A stretch of 64,000 nt of DNA from Ramazzottius varieornatus (taxonomy: Eukaryota > Animalia > Tardigrada). The DNA lies in contig BDGG01000003.1 in NCBI GenBank assembly GCA_001949185.1, forward strand, positions 4,647,092 to 4,711,091, read 5' to 3'. This document shows, piece by piece, positions 1 to 12,700 of this stretch. How positions within the stretch are numbered: the first letter of the stretch is position 1; every line of letters starts with the position of its first letter. Below the pieces are notes generated by a model. That model had not been told where the DNA came from and did not search any database. It saw only the letters and a program-made list of their open reading frames with translations. The translations under genes and the position numbers were made by a program.

Positions 1-660
1 ATTCAGCACAACTTCCTTTGCTTACCTTTGCCGAACTTCCAGGTGCCTCTTGAGTATGTACGATTAGTTCAGCCCAAAGTTTCCTCGAGGGTCCAACAGG
101 GTGCTCGCGAGATGTGCAAAACAGAAGAGAAGCAAGAAAAGTAACAGAGAAGATGGAAAAGAAAATAGAAAACGAAAATTCGTCGAGAAAATCAATTTTG
201 AAGTGAAGTCGAAGCTTGTGCCGGACCACAGCTCGGCTGGTTTGCTAGTCCGACCCGATCGAGCTGGTGTGTAAGACGTTGTCAGTTAAGTTACAGGGCA
301 GGACTGGTCCGGTTACAGTTAAACCGTTACGAGAATCGACTCAAGCCGAATTTGTGTACGAGTACCGATTCACGCTACAGGGCGGGCCCTAAAATTTTGT
401 CCATGCCCAACATTAGGTAAAGTACGATTACTGTACAACGCGATTAGCGTTCGAAGCTTTGATTTTTGATTGAGGCGATTGTTGAAGTCTTGAAACTGAT
501 TTTAATCCCGTTTTCCTTCTATGTGCTTGTGGTCGTGGACTGTGGACTAGCGCCATTCTCACGGCTTTCTTGGCGTCGTATCTCGCTGCATTCGTAGCTA
601 AAGTCATATCGCAAATAGGTTTTCGTGCGAAAGCATGCTAGAGGGTTGTTACTTTCGGGA

Positions 661-1638
661 ATGGCGAAGCTCAGCGGAGTAGAAATTATCATTATAATCG
701 GAGTGGGATTCGCCGTCTTCGTCATCTTATTCATCGTCGCTCATCGCCAGATTGCTCGTTTCAAAGTTCGGGATCTCTTGTCCAAGCCCCTCCTTCGTGC
801 TACCCAGTTAGGAGCCTCACCAGCACATATAGCTTACATCCAGCGCCGTGTTGGAGAGATGTTAGACCTGGACGTTCAGCCTCAAATGTGGGACGATCAC
901 TGGCTCCAGTACTTCAAGCTGGATGAGGGAGCTCCCAACTACGTTCCCCGGGCCAAAGCGCTAGACTTCTGCGTTCTTCTGAAGCTCGAACTACTCAGAT
1001 TCGGACGTCAGTTCGACTGGACAGCATTCGAAGACTTGGGAGAATATTTCGAGCGATTAAAGTCCGAATATCCGATTGATCAAATCCCACCTCAATCAAT
1101 CGCTGATCTCTGCAGATTGTACCGTATGGCTCGCTTTGACGAAGCTGAATTTGGTGAGCCAGAGAGTGATCGGATGATACGGACTACGCGGGAAATCCTC
1201 GGATACCTTCGTTTCCTCAACACCTACCCTCCTCCCGCTGGCTCAGACGCAGTTCTAAATGATCACTCAAACAATTTAGCAGGTACATCAGCCCCACCTA
1301 GTCCAGTATCCACAAACCCAGGGGCCGGTGGAAGTCGACGAGAGTCCAGTCTTCGGGAACGCGAGAAGGAGAAGGCCGCTTCCAAGAAGTTTCTCAAAGG
1401 CTATGAACTGCTGGAAAGCGATGCGGGAAGCATGGCTGGATCTGTCTTGACGAAGAAAGAGAGGTCGATAGGATCGCTGGCTAAGCTGAAGCGAGCGAAG
1501 AAGACTAAGCAGAAGATGGCTCACCCGTCTACTTCTTGGGAGGAGGAAGTGCCTTTACATACGTTCCATGATAACCCTCTGATAAACTTTGAGCCTACAA
1601 GTACTTCTTCCTCGAATTTGAAAGATCAGATAGTATAG
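661..1638 (+). CDS. C1orf43: C1orf43/NICE-3 family protein, single exon, N-terminal TM anchor
   Basis: ATG 661. LSGVEIIIII..VILFIVAHRQIARF, QPQMW, NYVPRAKALD and YRMARFDEAEFG match recalled NICE-3 motifs. Confidence 0.8.
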   Translation: MAKLSGVEIIIIIGVGFAVFVILFIVAHRQIARFKVRDLLSKPLLRATQLGASPAHIAYIQRRVGEMLDLDVQPQMWDDHWLQYFKLDEGAPNYVPRAKALDFCVLLKLELLRFGRQFDWTAFEDLGEYFERLKSEYPIDQIPPQSIADLCRLYRMARFDEAEFGEPESDRMIRTTREILGYLRFLNTYPPPAGSDAVLNDHSNNLAGTSAPPSPVSTNPGAGGSRRESSLREREKEKAASKKFLKGYELLESDAGSMAGSVLTKKERSIGSLAKLKRAKKTKQKMAHPSTSWEEEVPLHTFHDNPLINFEPTSTSSSNLKDQIV

Positions 1639-1690
1639 TGCGTTCATTTTCAATCAAATCGTTTTCCTTCCGATGTGCTCTAGCCTCTTG

Positions 1691-1797
1691 AAACAAACTT
1701 GACCAGCTCATTTTCCCAAGTGGCGCATGGGGTCAGCCAAGAGAACCCAGAACGTGCGTCATGTGGGAATACGATCTGGTGAGTTTGTTTGTCGAGT
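1691..1797. repeat. TGGCGCA palindromic element (MITE-like), 1 unit, 3' of C1orf43
   Basis: aaacaaacttgac..AAGTGGCGCA..GTGCGTCA..gagtttgttt. Confidence 0.8.
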
Positions 1798-2483
1798 TGC
1801 CATTTCGCGATCTCTGACGTCCTTTTCTGTGATGTTTAGATTCTGCTTCATCCCCGACGGCTCAATAGAGATGGCAAAGAAAGAAATCTCGTGCGTGTGA
1901 TTGCTGGTGGCTGATGGGCAGGCTGAACAGTCGAACTGGTCAATCACGTTTCGGTTCTTTCCGGCCCATTGTAGAAGATGGATGTGGTTCGTCACGATGG
2001 GCTCATCCTGAATGAGGCGAGTGATAATCCTACTGACAACAGTGACTGTTTGCTGACGAGTGAGCTGTTCAACTGTTGCCGTTGTCAACCAAGACCCGAC
2101 GGGCCACAACACTGGTCAAAGCGGTCGTGGTCTATTGTTTGCTCTAGAACTGGCTCCTCGGACTTTAGCGGCGGCATTCCGAAACTGGCTCCATGAGCGG
2201 GTAAAATACTTGTTACAATGACAGTTGTCAGGTTGTCGGTGTCGGCTTTCTGAAGACTTTGCTTTTCAAGGATACCTTGACGTCTTCAAGTGATTTGGCT
2301 TTTGATGTAAGAGGGCAGTCGAGATGAGGAGCCATCACAAATGAGCATCTACCGTGAAGACCTCCAGAAGTTAGAAGTACAGTCCACCGATAGCAGCATG
2401 ACTTCGACTGACGTCTCTTGGGCTTTTTCGTGTCAGCACAGATTGCTGGCAGGATTTTCTCTTTTCATCGGAGAAACATTCAG

Positions 2484-5400
2484 ATGAGAGAGATTATGGA
2501 CACGTCGAAGCTCAGCTGGAATTTTCTCTTGTGGATTTTCGTCTATGTGGCTTTGAAGTTTTCCTTCGCGCATGGTAAGCTCATTTCGTTGATTTGTGGA
2601 GTTCAGTGCCAATTTGTGGAAGTTGGAACTGAGTATTGTTTTATGGAGAACCAACAACCGTGGTATTTAAAGGAGTTCCGATCCTTCACATGGACGTCAC
2701 GCCTCCCGTGGTGGCCATCGTGGGAACAGACGTCAAGTTGTCCTGCTCTGCCGTCCAGTGGACTGACGGCTACACGGTGAGCATTTGGCCTAGAAGCTTG
2801 GAATTCAGCAGAGGGAAAGACCAATTCAGTAAAGGAACAGACTCTTTCGTTGCAGATTACTTGGAGCAAGAACAGCACCGGTGAGGTTCTCTCCAAGAAC
2901 CTCCATATCGTCTCGGACCCGTCAAAGTACTCCGTTACCACTGTCACAAGCTCCGAACTTGGTAAGACTTTTCTGATGTAAGCTTCCAGCTGGCGTCTTC
3001 GTTATGGTCTTTTGTTCTTTTCGATGTAATCGGAAATGGAAGGCCCTCAAACAAACTCGAGCAGATCGTTTTCCCCAAGCGGGCGCAGGCTTCCAGCTAA
3101 TATCACCGGAAATGTGCGCTACTTGGAGAAACGATCTGCTCGCGTTTGTTTGCCGGCCTCTGAAAGTGTAATTATTCTTCCAGAGTCGACAACGTGGACC
3201 TTGACGATCAAAGATGCGATGCAGACAGACGGCGGCGAGTATACTTGCTCCCTGAAAACCGAACCGCCGCAGTTCGTAACTGTTCCAGTAAGTACCATCT
3301 TTAGATGCTGCTATTCCCATAGAATATTCCTTCATCGATGTTTTCTTTTGTCAGGTCATAATGCAGACTCCTGTGATATCAGACCTACCTACCGAAGTGG
3401 TCCGCTGGGACGTCAGCGAATGCTGCCTTTCTCGCGGTGTCTCTCCGCCCTGTATGCCCTTATGCAACACAATGGTCTTCGGCTTCGACATCTTCGAAGC
3501 CCTCCGAGTCTCGGACCGCTGTCGCTCCCACCACGACCACTGGTTCAAATGCCTGGCTAGCGAACGCAACCACACGCCCTGCTGCAAGAGACAGCATGTC
3601 CCCGAAAAGTGCATGGACCTCTGTCTGGGCAACTTCTCCACCGTCTTCCGCGAAGGCAACCTGGACTGCCTGCATTTCGTGGCGGTCATCTTTCAGTGTT
3701 TTCATGATGGCCGAGACGCCATCCCTACTCCACCACGGAATGTCAGGGTTGCGCGCTTGGGCACGGATGCCTTGAGGATTAGCTGGTCACCACCGTTGAA
3801 GCATGGACGACAGGTCAACTACACGGTGATCTATAAAGCGACAGGGAATAATGTGGGCCATGGGAAGGCTCTGGTACTGTTACCCAGTGTCGGTGTGGCC
3901 AAGACCACCTCTACTTCGGAACTTGGGTTGATTCTTCCTGGACTGATTCCTGGGGAGAAGTATCAGATTTACGTGGTTGCGCTGAACGTGGCGGGGTCCT
4001 CACAACCTTCGGAAACTGTCACGGTGGAAATACCCATACCGAAGACTGTCGGTCTCCCGGAGAGCCTCCTCGAAGGTAAACTCGTTCTTGTCTTTATTAG
4101 TGCAGCCTCATTGTTATTAATTCATTAAGCTCATACTGATTCAAGCTGATTTAAGGTTAGTTCGACCTCTTTGCGTTTCTCTTTGGAGATCGTTGGAGGT
4201 CGTTTTCTCAAGTGGCGCATGCCCTCAGCTAAAACAACCGAGGCGTGCCGCACTTGGGCAAATTCCACAAGATTGCTTTTCCAAGTGACGCACGTCTTTC
4301 TGCAGTAGCTCCGACAATGTGCGCCACTTCGGAAACAACCTTGTGGAGTTACTTGTCTATCTTACCTTCCATATTGAGAAAATTTGGCTAGTGTGCAACT
4401 TGCTGGATTTCATCCATATCTTAGATTTATACTTGCGACAAAGTTTGGTTGTAGGTATCCTGACAAATACAACACTGAATTCACTGACGGCCTTGAACGG
4501 TGACAAACGTCTGCCAAGTGTAACCGGAGAAGTCCTCGATGTGACAACCACTACAGATCTCAACTTACGAAAGACTGAGACTCTCCCTCAAGATGATTAC
4601 ATTGTCTTTGACAAGTGCTTCAAATCTCGCGACTTTCGCGCGACGTGCGCCGAAGTTTTCAAGGTGAGCAGTGTCATGGGCAAGAACGCCACGGTCATTC
4701 AGTGTCGCGACTCGCTACCCCGCTTCGTCAAATGCGCGGCGGACGGAGCGGACCACCGGAAATGCTGTACGCGCAACGCCGTACCCGACACTTGTACCAA
4801 CTGGTGTGCTGGACAACCCACTGGGCTCTTCGATGTCTGCCATGTCTTCCTGCCGAGAATACTTGCCTGCTTCAAAGAAGGTAATCAAATTCTTGGCAGA
4901 CCGGCAAACTAAACACCGAAGATTGTCAGCCCAAGTGGCGCATGTTTACATTGCTACTAACTGGAGACGTGCGCCACTTTTGATGACGATTCCTGCTCGT
5001 TTGGTTTGCCAGCTTCCCAGTTTGGAATCCTGCAGGCACCAGATACATCTCGATTTGTGAAGATAAGAACAAATGACTCAAAATTTGCAGATATCATGAT
5101 CATTAAAATTTATATGTCACTCGTTGCGTTGTTGTTTCAGGTCGACTGTTTTTGCCCAGTCAGCCACTAGACGTCGAAGGATCTCTTCAAGACGGTCGAG
5201 TAGCAGTGCAGTGGAGAGCGCCGGAAGTAAGAGCAGAGATGGTCGAGAACTACGTCATCACGGTGGAGGATCGCAAGACAAAGAACCAGTCTAATTTAGT
5301 GGTTCCAAAGGGAGGGAACTCGACCGTTCTCTTACCACTCACTTATGGTACCGAATATGAAGTCTTCGTACAAGCGGAAAACTTCCATGGACTGTCGAAC

Positions 5401-6465
5401 CACAGTGCCACGCTGCTAATCGAGATGGGCGAGCTGTCCAATAATTACGAGCAGAATGTCCAGCATGCTAATGACAGCTCTTCGGGACCTGCCATAGCCG
5501 TCGGAGTGGCTTTGGCCGGTATCGGCCTGATGGTAGCCTTCGTTGGGGTCGCTTACTGGTTACGAAGCAAACGGACCCGGAAGCTGACCACCCATCCCAA
5601 GTAAGGTTATTTCCATTCCATCATTTCAGACTCGACACCTCCCAGCGATCGGTTATTCAGTCATTGAAGTACTTGCTCTTCATCTTGGTGGCCGACAACA
5701 CGCGCATGCTTCCAGCAAAGCACAATGAACCGGTGCGCCACTTGAAAAAAGTGACGCACGGTTCCAGCCAGCAGCAACAAAAACGTGCGCCACTTGAGAT
5801 GACGATCTTGTGCCTTTCGTTTACCGACCTCCCATCTCGATTTCAACAATACGTCCTTTAGAAAGCCAATTTTGCTAACAGTTTAGTTCAGACGGGAAGG
5901 AAAATACTCCCCTGATTATTTTTAATGAGATCCTTCCTTGGCGACATCAGTGGAATGTCATTATTGGAAAACAGGAATGTCAAAGCTAATTTACTTCGTG
6001 TTTCGTGATGGTGACTTCTCGACCTGGGAATCCATCAACATGTCTATAAGCTTCATAAATTCTTGTCATACTAATTTTTGCAGATGCAACTCTGCCGAGC
6101 CGTTAGCCGAAGGAGAACAGCTTCGGAACCCAGTGAACGCCTTCTACATTCCGGGATATTTTGGGAAACGTGGAGTTTCACGCAAGACCAACTGCTCCAA
6201 CGATAGCGAGTCGTACGCCACTTCGTTCAGCTGTGTGCGCCAGGCCAGCGACGTCAGCGACGCCGTCTATTCCGACGCTACCGCTGTTTCCGACTCGGGT
6301 GCCTATTCATGGATGTTCAAGAACGACAAGAAGACTGCCGCGCAAGTCATCTCCCATAACCCGTCGCCGTCAGCCAAGCCTGTACCGCTACGACGCTCAT
6401 CCTGTTCGAGAACAACCAGCACTGAACAGAATATCTACGATAATAACCTTCCCATAAAACCATAA
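2484..6465 (+). CDS. Type I membrane protein: signal peptide, Ig domain, DB module, FN3, DB module, FN3, TM, cytoplasmic tail
   Basis: Spliced exons about 2484-2574, 2673-2776, 2856-2961, 3184-3288, 3355-4075, ~4455-4880, 5141-5600, 6084-6465. Ig motifs VKLSC..W..LTIKDAMQTDGGEYTC; DB-module Cys pattern CC..GV..C..LC / NHTPCC..VPEKC..LC; FN3 motifs PPRNV..WSPP..Y..L.PG..Y..V.A.N..G.S; TM AIAVGVALAGIGLMVAFVGVAYWL. Confidence 0.8.
3042..3158. repeat. TGGCGCA palindromic element, 1 unit, intronic
   Basis: caaacaaactcgagcagatcgttt..aaacgatctgctcgcgtttgtttg. Confidence 0.85.
4195..4360. repeat. TGGCGCA palindromic element, 2 units, intronic
   Basis: Two AAGTG(G/A)CGCA..GTGC(G)CCACTT units. Confidence 0.85.
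4896..5020. repeat. TGGCGCA palindromic element, 1 unit, intronic
   Basis: AAGTGGCGCA..GTGCGCCACTT with arms. Confidence 0.85.
5695..5835. repeat. TGGCGCA palindromic element, 2 units, intronic
   Basis: Two GTGCGCCACTTG half-sites with partner half-sites. Confidence 0.85.
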
Positions 6466-7465
6466 AAAAGTATTTCCCCCACGAATAACTGGTTTCGCCA
6501 CCACAATGGGTAACTATTTCGCCCACCTGCAGACACTTGTTTCATGGTGTACACGGTAAAGTGTATGCAGGTTCTTGATGGGGCTTTCTTAGCAAGAACA
6601 TCCTGTCCATTATGGAAATTATGATTGATCAGTATTTGGTCGTCGCTTCTTGTTAATGCTTGTGCTCTGTACTCGGGATAGTGGTTTGCCTTCACTTGCG
6701 CCGATTGTTTGCTATTTCACGAGCCTTTCCGGCGTGGTGAAGTGTTTGAGAAGCCATCTCCTACTGATTGATTCCCGCCTTTCCTTTTCTTCTGCCGGCA
6801 CACTGGGCGATTGTTTGACCATGTCACGGGGATCGTATCCGTTATATTCATACCCACATATAAACCTACAATCTATCGATTTCTGTTCAAACATCCGATG
6901 TTATTCTCTGTCCCTTCCTCTCCCATTGAATGTTGATGAAGCCGGCGGTCATAACGTCTGAAGCTTCATAATGGATGAACAGTTATGGATTGGCTGGCAA
7001 TTATCTCGATATCCCACTGGAAGCTCAAACAGCGCGTAGCCTAATTTTTTTACGTACTCTGTAGCCGAGAATCAATTTCCGAATGCTTCGACGCTAAAAC
7101 TTCAATCATAACTGCTGATCCGTAGAAACTCTAGACAAACATTCTAAAAGAACTCATTAACGCCCACTGTGTGCGGCTCAAACTGTGCACTAAAAGCCAA
7201 AAACAAGAAAGCATCATCAATGCGCTCTCATGGAGCGATCTGCGCCCAGTTCGGCTTAGAGCGAACATCGGACGGGAGAGTATTTCTGGAAACGAGAACA
7301 TGGCTGGCTGGGCTTAAACTGAGAGAGGAATAATTCTGAAAGCAACTTTGGTCCAGCAAGAGAAATCAATACTATTAAAAGTTTGACTGTTTGACTAGAA
7401 GAGAGGCCGGGAAGGCAGGAAGGAAGTGCACTACATGTTTGTCATCGGGCAAATTTAGGCTCTAA

Positions 7466-9798
7466 TTAGACACTCTGTGGCGCATGATGATTAGTTATAT
7501 TGGCTCTTGATGGAGACATGGTTGTTGTTGGTTCTTTGAGCTCTGTAGTCTTTGGACTCTTTCCTGTGGAGTTCCCCGGGAGGACTCTTGTGTCGCTGGA
7601 AGCAGGTGGAAAGCGCGGGGAAGAAAGACCTAATTGCTTGTCGGTTGACGTCGGGGAATAACGGGCTAAAGTGGAGGTGATTAAGGGCGTCTTACTTCGA
7701 TCGATGGTGGCGAACCCGTTCTCGTGCTGCTTGGACGTCTTCTCAACCGGCGTGATTGTCGTTGTAAGAGTTTCTTGGGCGAAAAACGTCTGCACTGAAG
7801 TAGGTCGGGAAGGGATCTTCGTTAGCTGCATGTCGCCGGGAGGGTTGGTATTCTCCACATCGAAAAGAAGACTCTGGAAAAATAGTTTAAAAGTAGCGGA
7901 AACATACTGTATGACAAGGAAACAGGCAAACGAACTCGGCATAATCGCTCAAACCAAGTGGCGCACGCTTCCTGCCACCTACAGTGCACAACTGCGCCAC
8001 TTGAAGTAAGTGGCGCACGGTGTCAACCAATAATACTGAGCACATGCGCCACTTGAGACAACAGTCTTGTCGAGTTTATTCGGCCTGCTTTCATAAACTC
8101 TGGAAAAACTGGAAAAAGTTTTCCACTCATTTTCTTCTCTTCAGAAAGCTTCACGGAACATTTCAGTTTACTTTTCTTGCTTTAGACTTGGAGTCGGAGT
8201 AATTACGGAGGCCGAGCATGGGAGAATCTTTGGCGGTGTAACGGCTATTGAATCGAGAGGCTGCCGTTCGATCGCCAATGTACAGAGTTCCTTGCTTCAT
8301 TTCCAGCTGAATAAAAGAAACGGTTGTTAACGAGGAAGGGTTGATGTTCCTTTTTGTGAAAGTACTTCAAAAGCAACCAGAGAAGTTAGTGGGGTCATTT
8401 CTTACATGTATTCGCGTCTTTTCTCTGACTTGATAGATCCGCCATACACATCCCCAAAACACCAGACCTAATGACAGCAACAAGATCCCGGCGCAGAAAG
8501 ACGATATACCAAACCAAGCGAGGATCCTATAAACAACACAAACAGATACTTCAACGATAAAAAATTTGTCAAGTGGCAAATGCGATGGTTTAGGCGGTCG
8601 AGAGAACGACAACTGCTACAACGACGTGCACCTGCGTACACGTACCTAGGATAAAGGCACATGCACTGTAAGCAGATGCAGTTGATGTCAGAAAAAGTAT
8701 GGGTGCGCGTCAGAACAACAGAAAAACGTTCAAGTCATGCAGCTACATACATGCGCGCGCAATTGGCCGCACAAGCAAACGTTTGCAACTGCATGAAAGT
8801 TGCTCCACTCTGTTAGCTGTTGACCGTAAGAAGGAAGAATTTCTTGCAATAATTTATGCGATCGTCTTTGACTGTATTTCTGTCTCCAAATTTGTCAACA
8901 TGACGATTTGCATCCTACAGATTGAGCTATCTTACTAATCGGCAAAACGCCCCTGCAGAGTTCATCACGAAATCTGGGACACTGCAGTTCACACTCTGTG
9001 GATCATGTCATTCCATGCCGAACATTAATCTTGCCAATCTGGCATACCAACACAACAATTACAGATGTGCTGGTCAATTCACCCTGGATAATACCGCCCG
9101 GGAGATATTCAACCATTCTAAAAGCTTTGCAATCAACGCTCAAGATCCTTCGAGAAATAATCTCCGACCTCCCAGACAAAATTTGCATGCGAGAAACAAG
9201 CTCTGCTGGCTTACCGTAACTTCACGTCCTCCGAGTTGTGAAAGTCCACGTAATAGATCATCAAGGTCAGTCCAGTCGGGATGAGAACGAAGGCGAAAAC
9301 CAAGAAGACGATCCTGTGATCCAAAAGTAAAATGAGTCTGAACGCAATTCTGGAAAAAGTGCGAGAGCTCGGTAAAAACACTCCACAGGACCTTTTCTCA
9401 AGTGGCGCACGTTTTCGGTGTTATTGGCTGGAAGCGTGCGTCACTTGAGACAACCATTCTGCCCAGTTTCGAGATCGTTATCCCGAGTGGCGCAAGTTCC
9501 CCATGTTACCGGCTGGAAACGTGCGCCATCCGGGAAAACGATGTTGAATAGTCTGTTTATCGAGTTCCTATGTATTTCTGGTTGGGACATCTCTAGCTAC
9601 ATATAAAAAAGTTTGTTGATTTTACGATGGTTTTTTGGAAGATGGAATATCTGAGATAACTCACGCAGCGATGGAGCAGCCTTTCCACGGTTGTCGAAGA
9701 TGGCGGCGAACCTTACAAAATTCGCACAAGCTTTTGCAAGTGGAAACCACCATGTCCGTGCAGCAGCAACAACAGCAGCAACGAGGTGTGCAGCACAT
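7466..9798 (-). CDS. Uncharacterised two-TM protein with N-terminal cysteine string and Ser/Thr-rich tail
   Basis: Five phase-compatible exons (about 9798-9665, 9349-9215, 8522-8406, 8307-8173, 7874-7466): MCCTPRCCCCCCTDM..|IAFRLILLLDHRIVFLVFAFVLIPTGLTLMIYY..|ILAWFGISSFCAGILLLSLGLVFWGCVW..|LEMKQG..|SLLFDVE..stop. Confidence 0.7.
7924..8087. repeat. TGGCGCA palindromic element, 2 units, intronic
   Basis: TGGCGCA 7959 / TGCGCCA 7993 and 8011 / 8045; both spacers 27 bp. Confidence 0.9.
9365..9568. repeat. TGGCGCA palindromic element, 2 units, intronic
   Basis: gagctcgg arm..two cores..cgagttcc arm. Confidence 0.9.
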
Positions 9799-12700
9799 AT
9801 TTCCAGAAGAGAAAGTAGAAAAGGTGCTAAGAATATCTCAGAGCTGAACGTGTGGCGTTAAAGACTAAACGTGAAAGCTCAAATGGAAGGATTAGCCGGC
9901 AGCTGTAGCAGCGTAGAGTAAACACGAGAGTATGCATGGGCGACTTTTCTTTGTGGTGGGAAGATCAGCTGCAACCAGGATGGATATGCGCTGCAACAAC
10001 AAACAGACATGCCTCGTTAGACCATCCACAGCAAGAATCACAGCGATGGTAAATAACCGCGCGAGTCTAATTGGACAGATAGTTAATATCAATGCTGACT
10101 GTGGGCCAGATCAACTCTTCCCACTTCCCATTTTGTGCACTGAGGAAAGAGGATTTCCGGTCACTTCATCCTCACTGAATACGTACCAGGAAGAGCATAG
10201 GCAGCAAAGCGTCTGGATACTTGCTAATCGTCCCTCACTTGCTCGAGGACGACGTGATCCCTCCCCGTTATCGTGTGTATCCAACCCGATCTTCCTCGCT
10301 TCTTCTGCGCCGTCCTGAGTGGAAGATAAACGATACTGAGACGTACGTCGAGCGAGCGTTAATCCAGCGCGGCCTTCAAATCTGCAGAAAATCCGGCGGA
10401 AACAACGGAAAGATTAGGAATCAATCGATGTTACGCGGGTAATTGAAAAGTCAATCAAGCGTTGAGTGGCCATTGGAAAATAGCCATCGGTCAGCAGCTA
10501 CTGTAAACAATTGTTGCCAGAAGGCACAGTATCGATCCGATCCATTCCTCTGAAGCTTTTCCACAACATGAAATCTCTGTACTCTTACCTCAAGCATCCG
10601 CTGGATAAATAAGCCGTCCAGAGATCTCGGGCGCTGGGGAGACACGACGGGTGGAAAACAATCAATGTGATTAAAATTCCGCCATTCCGCTCGTCAGACT
10701 GGTAAATCGCGCTCGAGCAATCAATGATATTCAATCCATGATCAATCCGTGCTTAAAACGGCACTGATCGCAATTTCGCGATTAGCCCAGGTCCCGGGAG
10801 TCGAAACAATAGGCTTATCCGCGTTATCCCCCAAAATGCCTAGAGCATCAGAATTTCCCCGTATCCCTTGGATATCCCTAGTAAAAAACCACTTCTTTGC
10901 TGTTTTCGCGGCAATCTGGAAAAATTGATGTGGCAGCGGTCAAGCGTGACTTGTGTATGCCTTCCTCTCATCTGCCTCACGGGATGTCTTCAAATTTCCG
11001 TCGGCCACGCCTGACCTCACCGACTCTCACCGGATGTGCCGCTCGTTCGCCACAAACCGCGTCGATATGAATTTATTGTCCCATATTCATCCGGAAAGCC
11101 AACGGAAGGAAACTACGCTTGATGGATTCCGCAGACCTAAATTCTGAACAGAATGATATCCTCGTCCTCAAGGGATATCAACCATTCTTACTATCTGAGC
11201 AAAAGGTGGGATGATAAATACATTGTCGGGAAAACAATTCTTTCACAATTTGTGGACTACCGGTTCCATTGCTTTCCATCTTCCAGAAATCCAGATCATG
11301 TTTCCCCCACGTTATGAACGTGCAAGCCGCAAAACGCCGGGTGGTATCGGTGAATAGACTCGGACGAGGAAACGCAGCTGGCGGATGGTAATCTATGCAA
11401 AATGTGCTCTTGTCCTTAATTGCTAAATGTGTGAAGATTTCTTTCTTCTCTGCTCACTTCAATGCGAATCTTTCACGGCTCGATCCCTAACCCACTTTTT
11501 CTTTCCGCGCAGATGATGTAAAGGAAAATGCGCGGAACATGGCGTCCGTCTGTAGTGTATCGTAAGCCATTAACAGGCTCTCATGGACAACAGCAGCTGC
11601 GTTCTTTCTTTCGAGTCAATTTGGCTGAACCATTGACGACCGAGAATGTATGGCCAAATTTAGCGAAACCCATTAATCCTTTCACAGTAATCCATCACAC
11701 TATGCACATGACCGTAATAGATGTGTAAGTTAGCCAGATCCTCCCCCAGAATGGCACTACATTTTTCTTCCGGCAGTAAAATATTCCCACACCGAAACAA
11801 CCTTCCTCCTCAAGACCTTAACCCACTCATTTGATACCACTCCCGACAGAGCAAAAGAAGCCTGTTTCGCGACCTCAATGACAGCAAAGCACAACTTCCA
11901 GGTGGCGCCATCTATGGAGGACCACTGCGCGAGTTCAGCTGGGCACAGTAGGGATCCCCTGTTTTGAAATCGCCAATTTGCATGGGCGAGTAACTCTTGC
12001 TGCTTTTTCGGATGTTTAACTCGAACTTTAGAGTACCACACGTCTTCGGGCGATATCTCACAAGAAAGGGAACATCTTACGAGATTTCGAGGTACAAAAC
12101 TGCGGAGTACTTCCGGCTCGTCTGCACCGTTCGTTGAGTACAGGCCGGTACCGATGCCCGTTGGACGCGGATTAGTAGCGGCCTAGCAGAAAACCACAGC
12201 ATTATGTTGCACTGCGGTAAGCGCGTCACGCCCAGCTGAATTCAACAATCTTTTTTTGTTTCCGGCGTTAATTTCATATGGTGGAAATGCTCGAAGCCGC
12301 GGTGCGGCCAAATCGCCGTCTGCTGTCTATTTACAGATACTCCTCAGGACCACAAATCGGAAGCATTTATGGCAAGCTGGTACCGAACAACGAAGTAAGT
12401 ATGTCTTATTGCTTTGCGGTGGTTGCATAATGGCGGAAGTATTGACCTTCCTGCAGTCATCATCGTCTGGCACTGACTTTCGGCAATGACATTGAAGACT
12501 CATTAACTTGGACGTGGACCAACTTGCTGCCAAAGTCAAAGTTCTAAGTTAGCACTTCCCCTCGACATACTCGCATGTTTTCTGGCAGCTTTCTGCTGAT
12601 CAACCGTCAACGAAAGAGTTCATCAAGAAACACCCACAAGACGACTTTTTATGCAGAACGTGGTCTCCGCAGCCAACGTCTTGGAAGAACATACTCAACA

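Noticed and set aside
1-120. Minus-strand splice donor at about 21-26, suggesting a gene leaving the window
   Set aside because: Too little sequence to tell coding from UTR or to assign a product.
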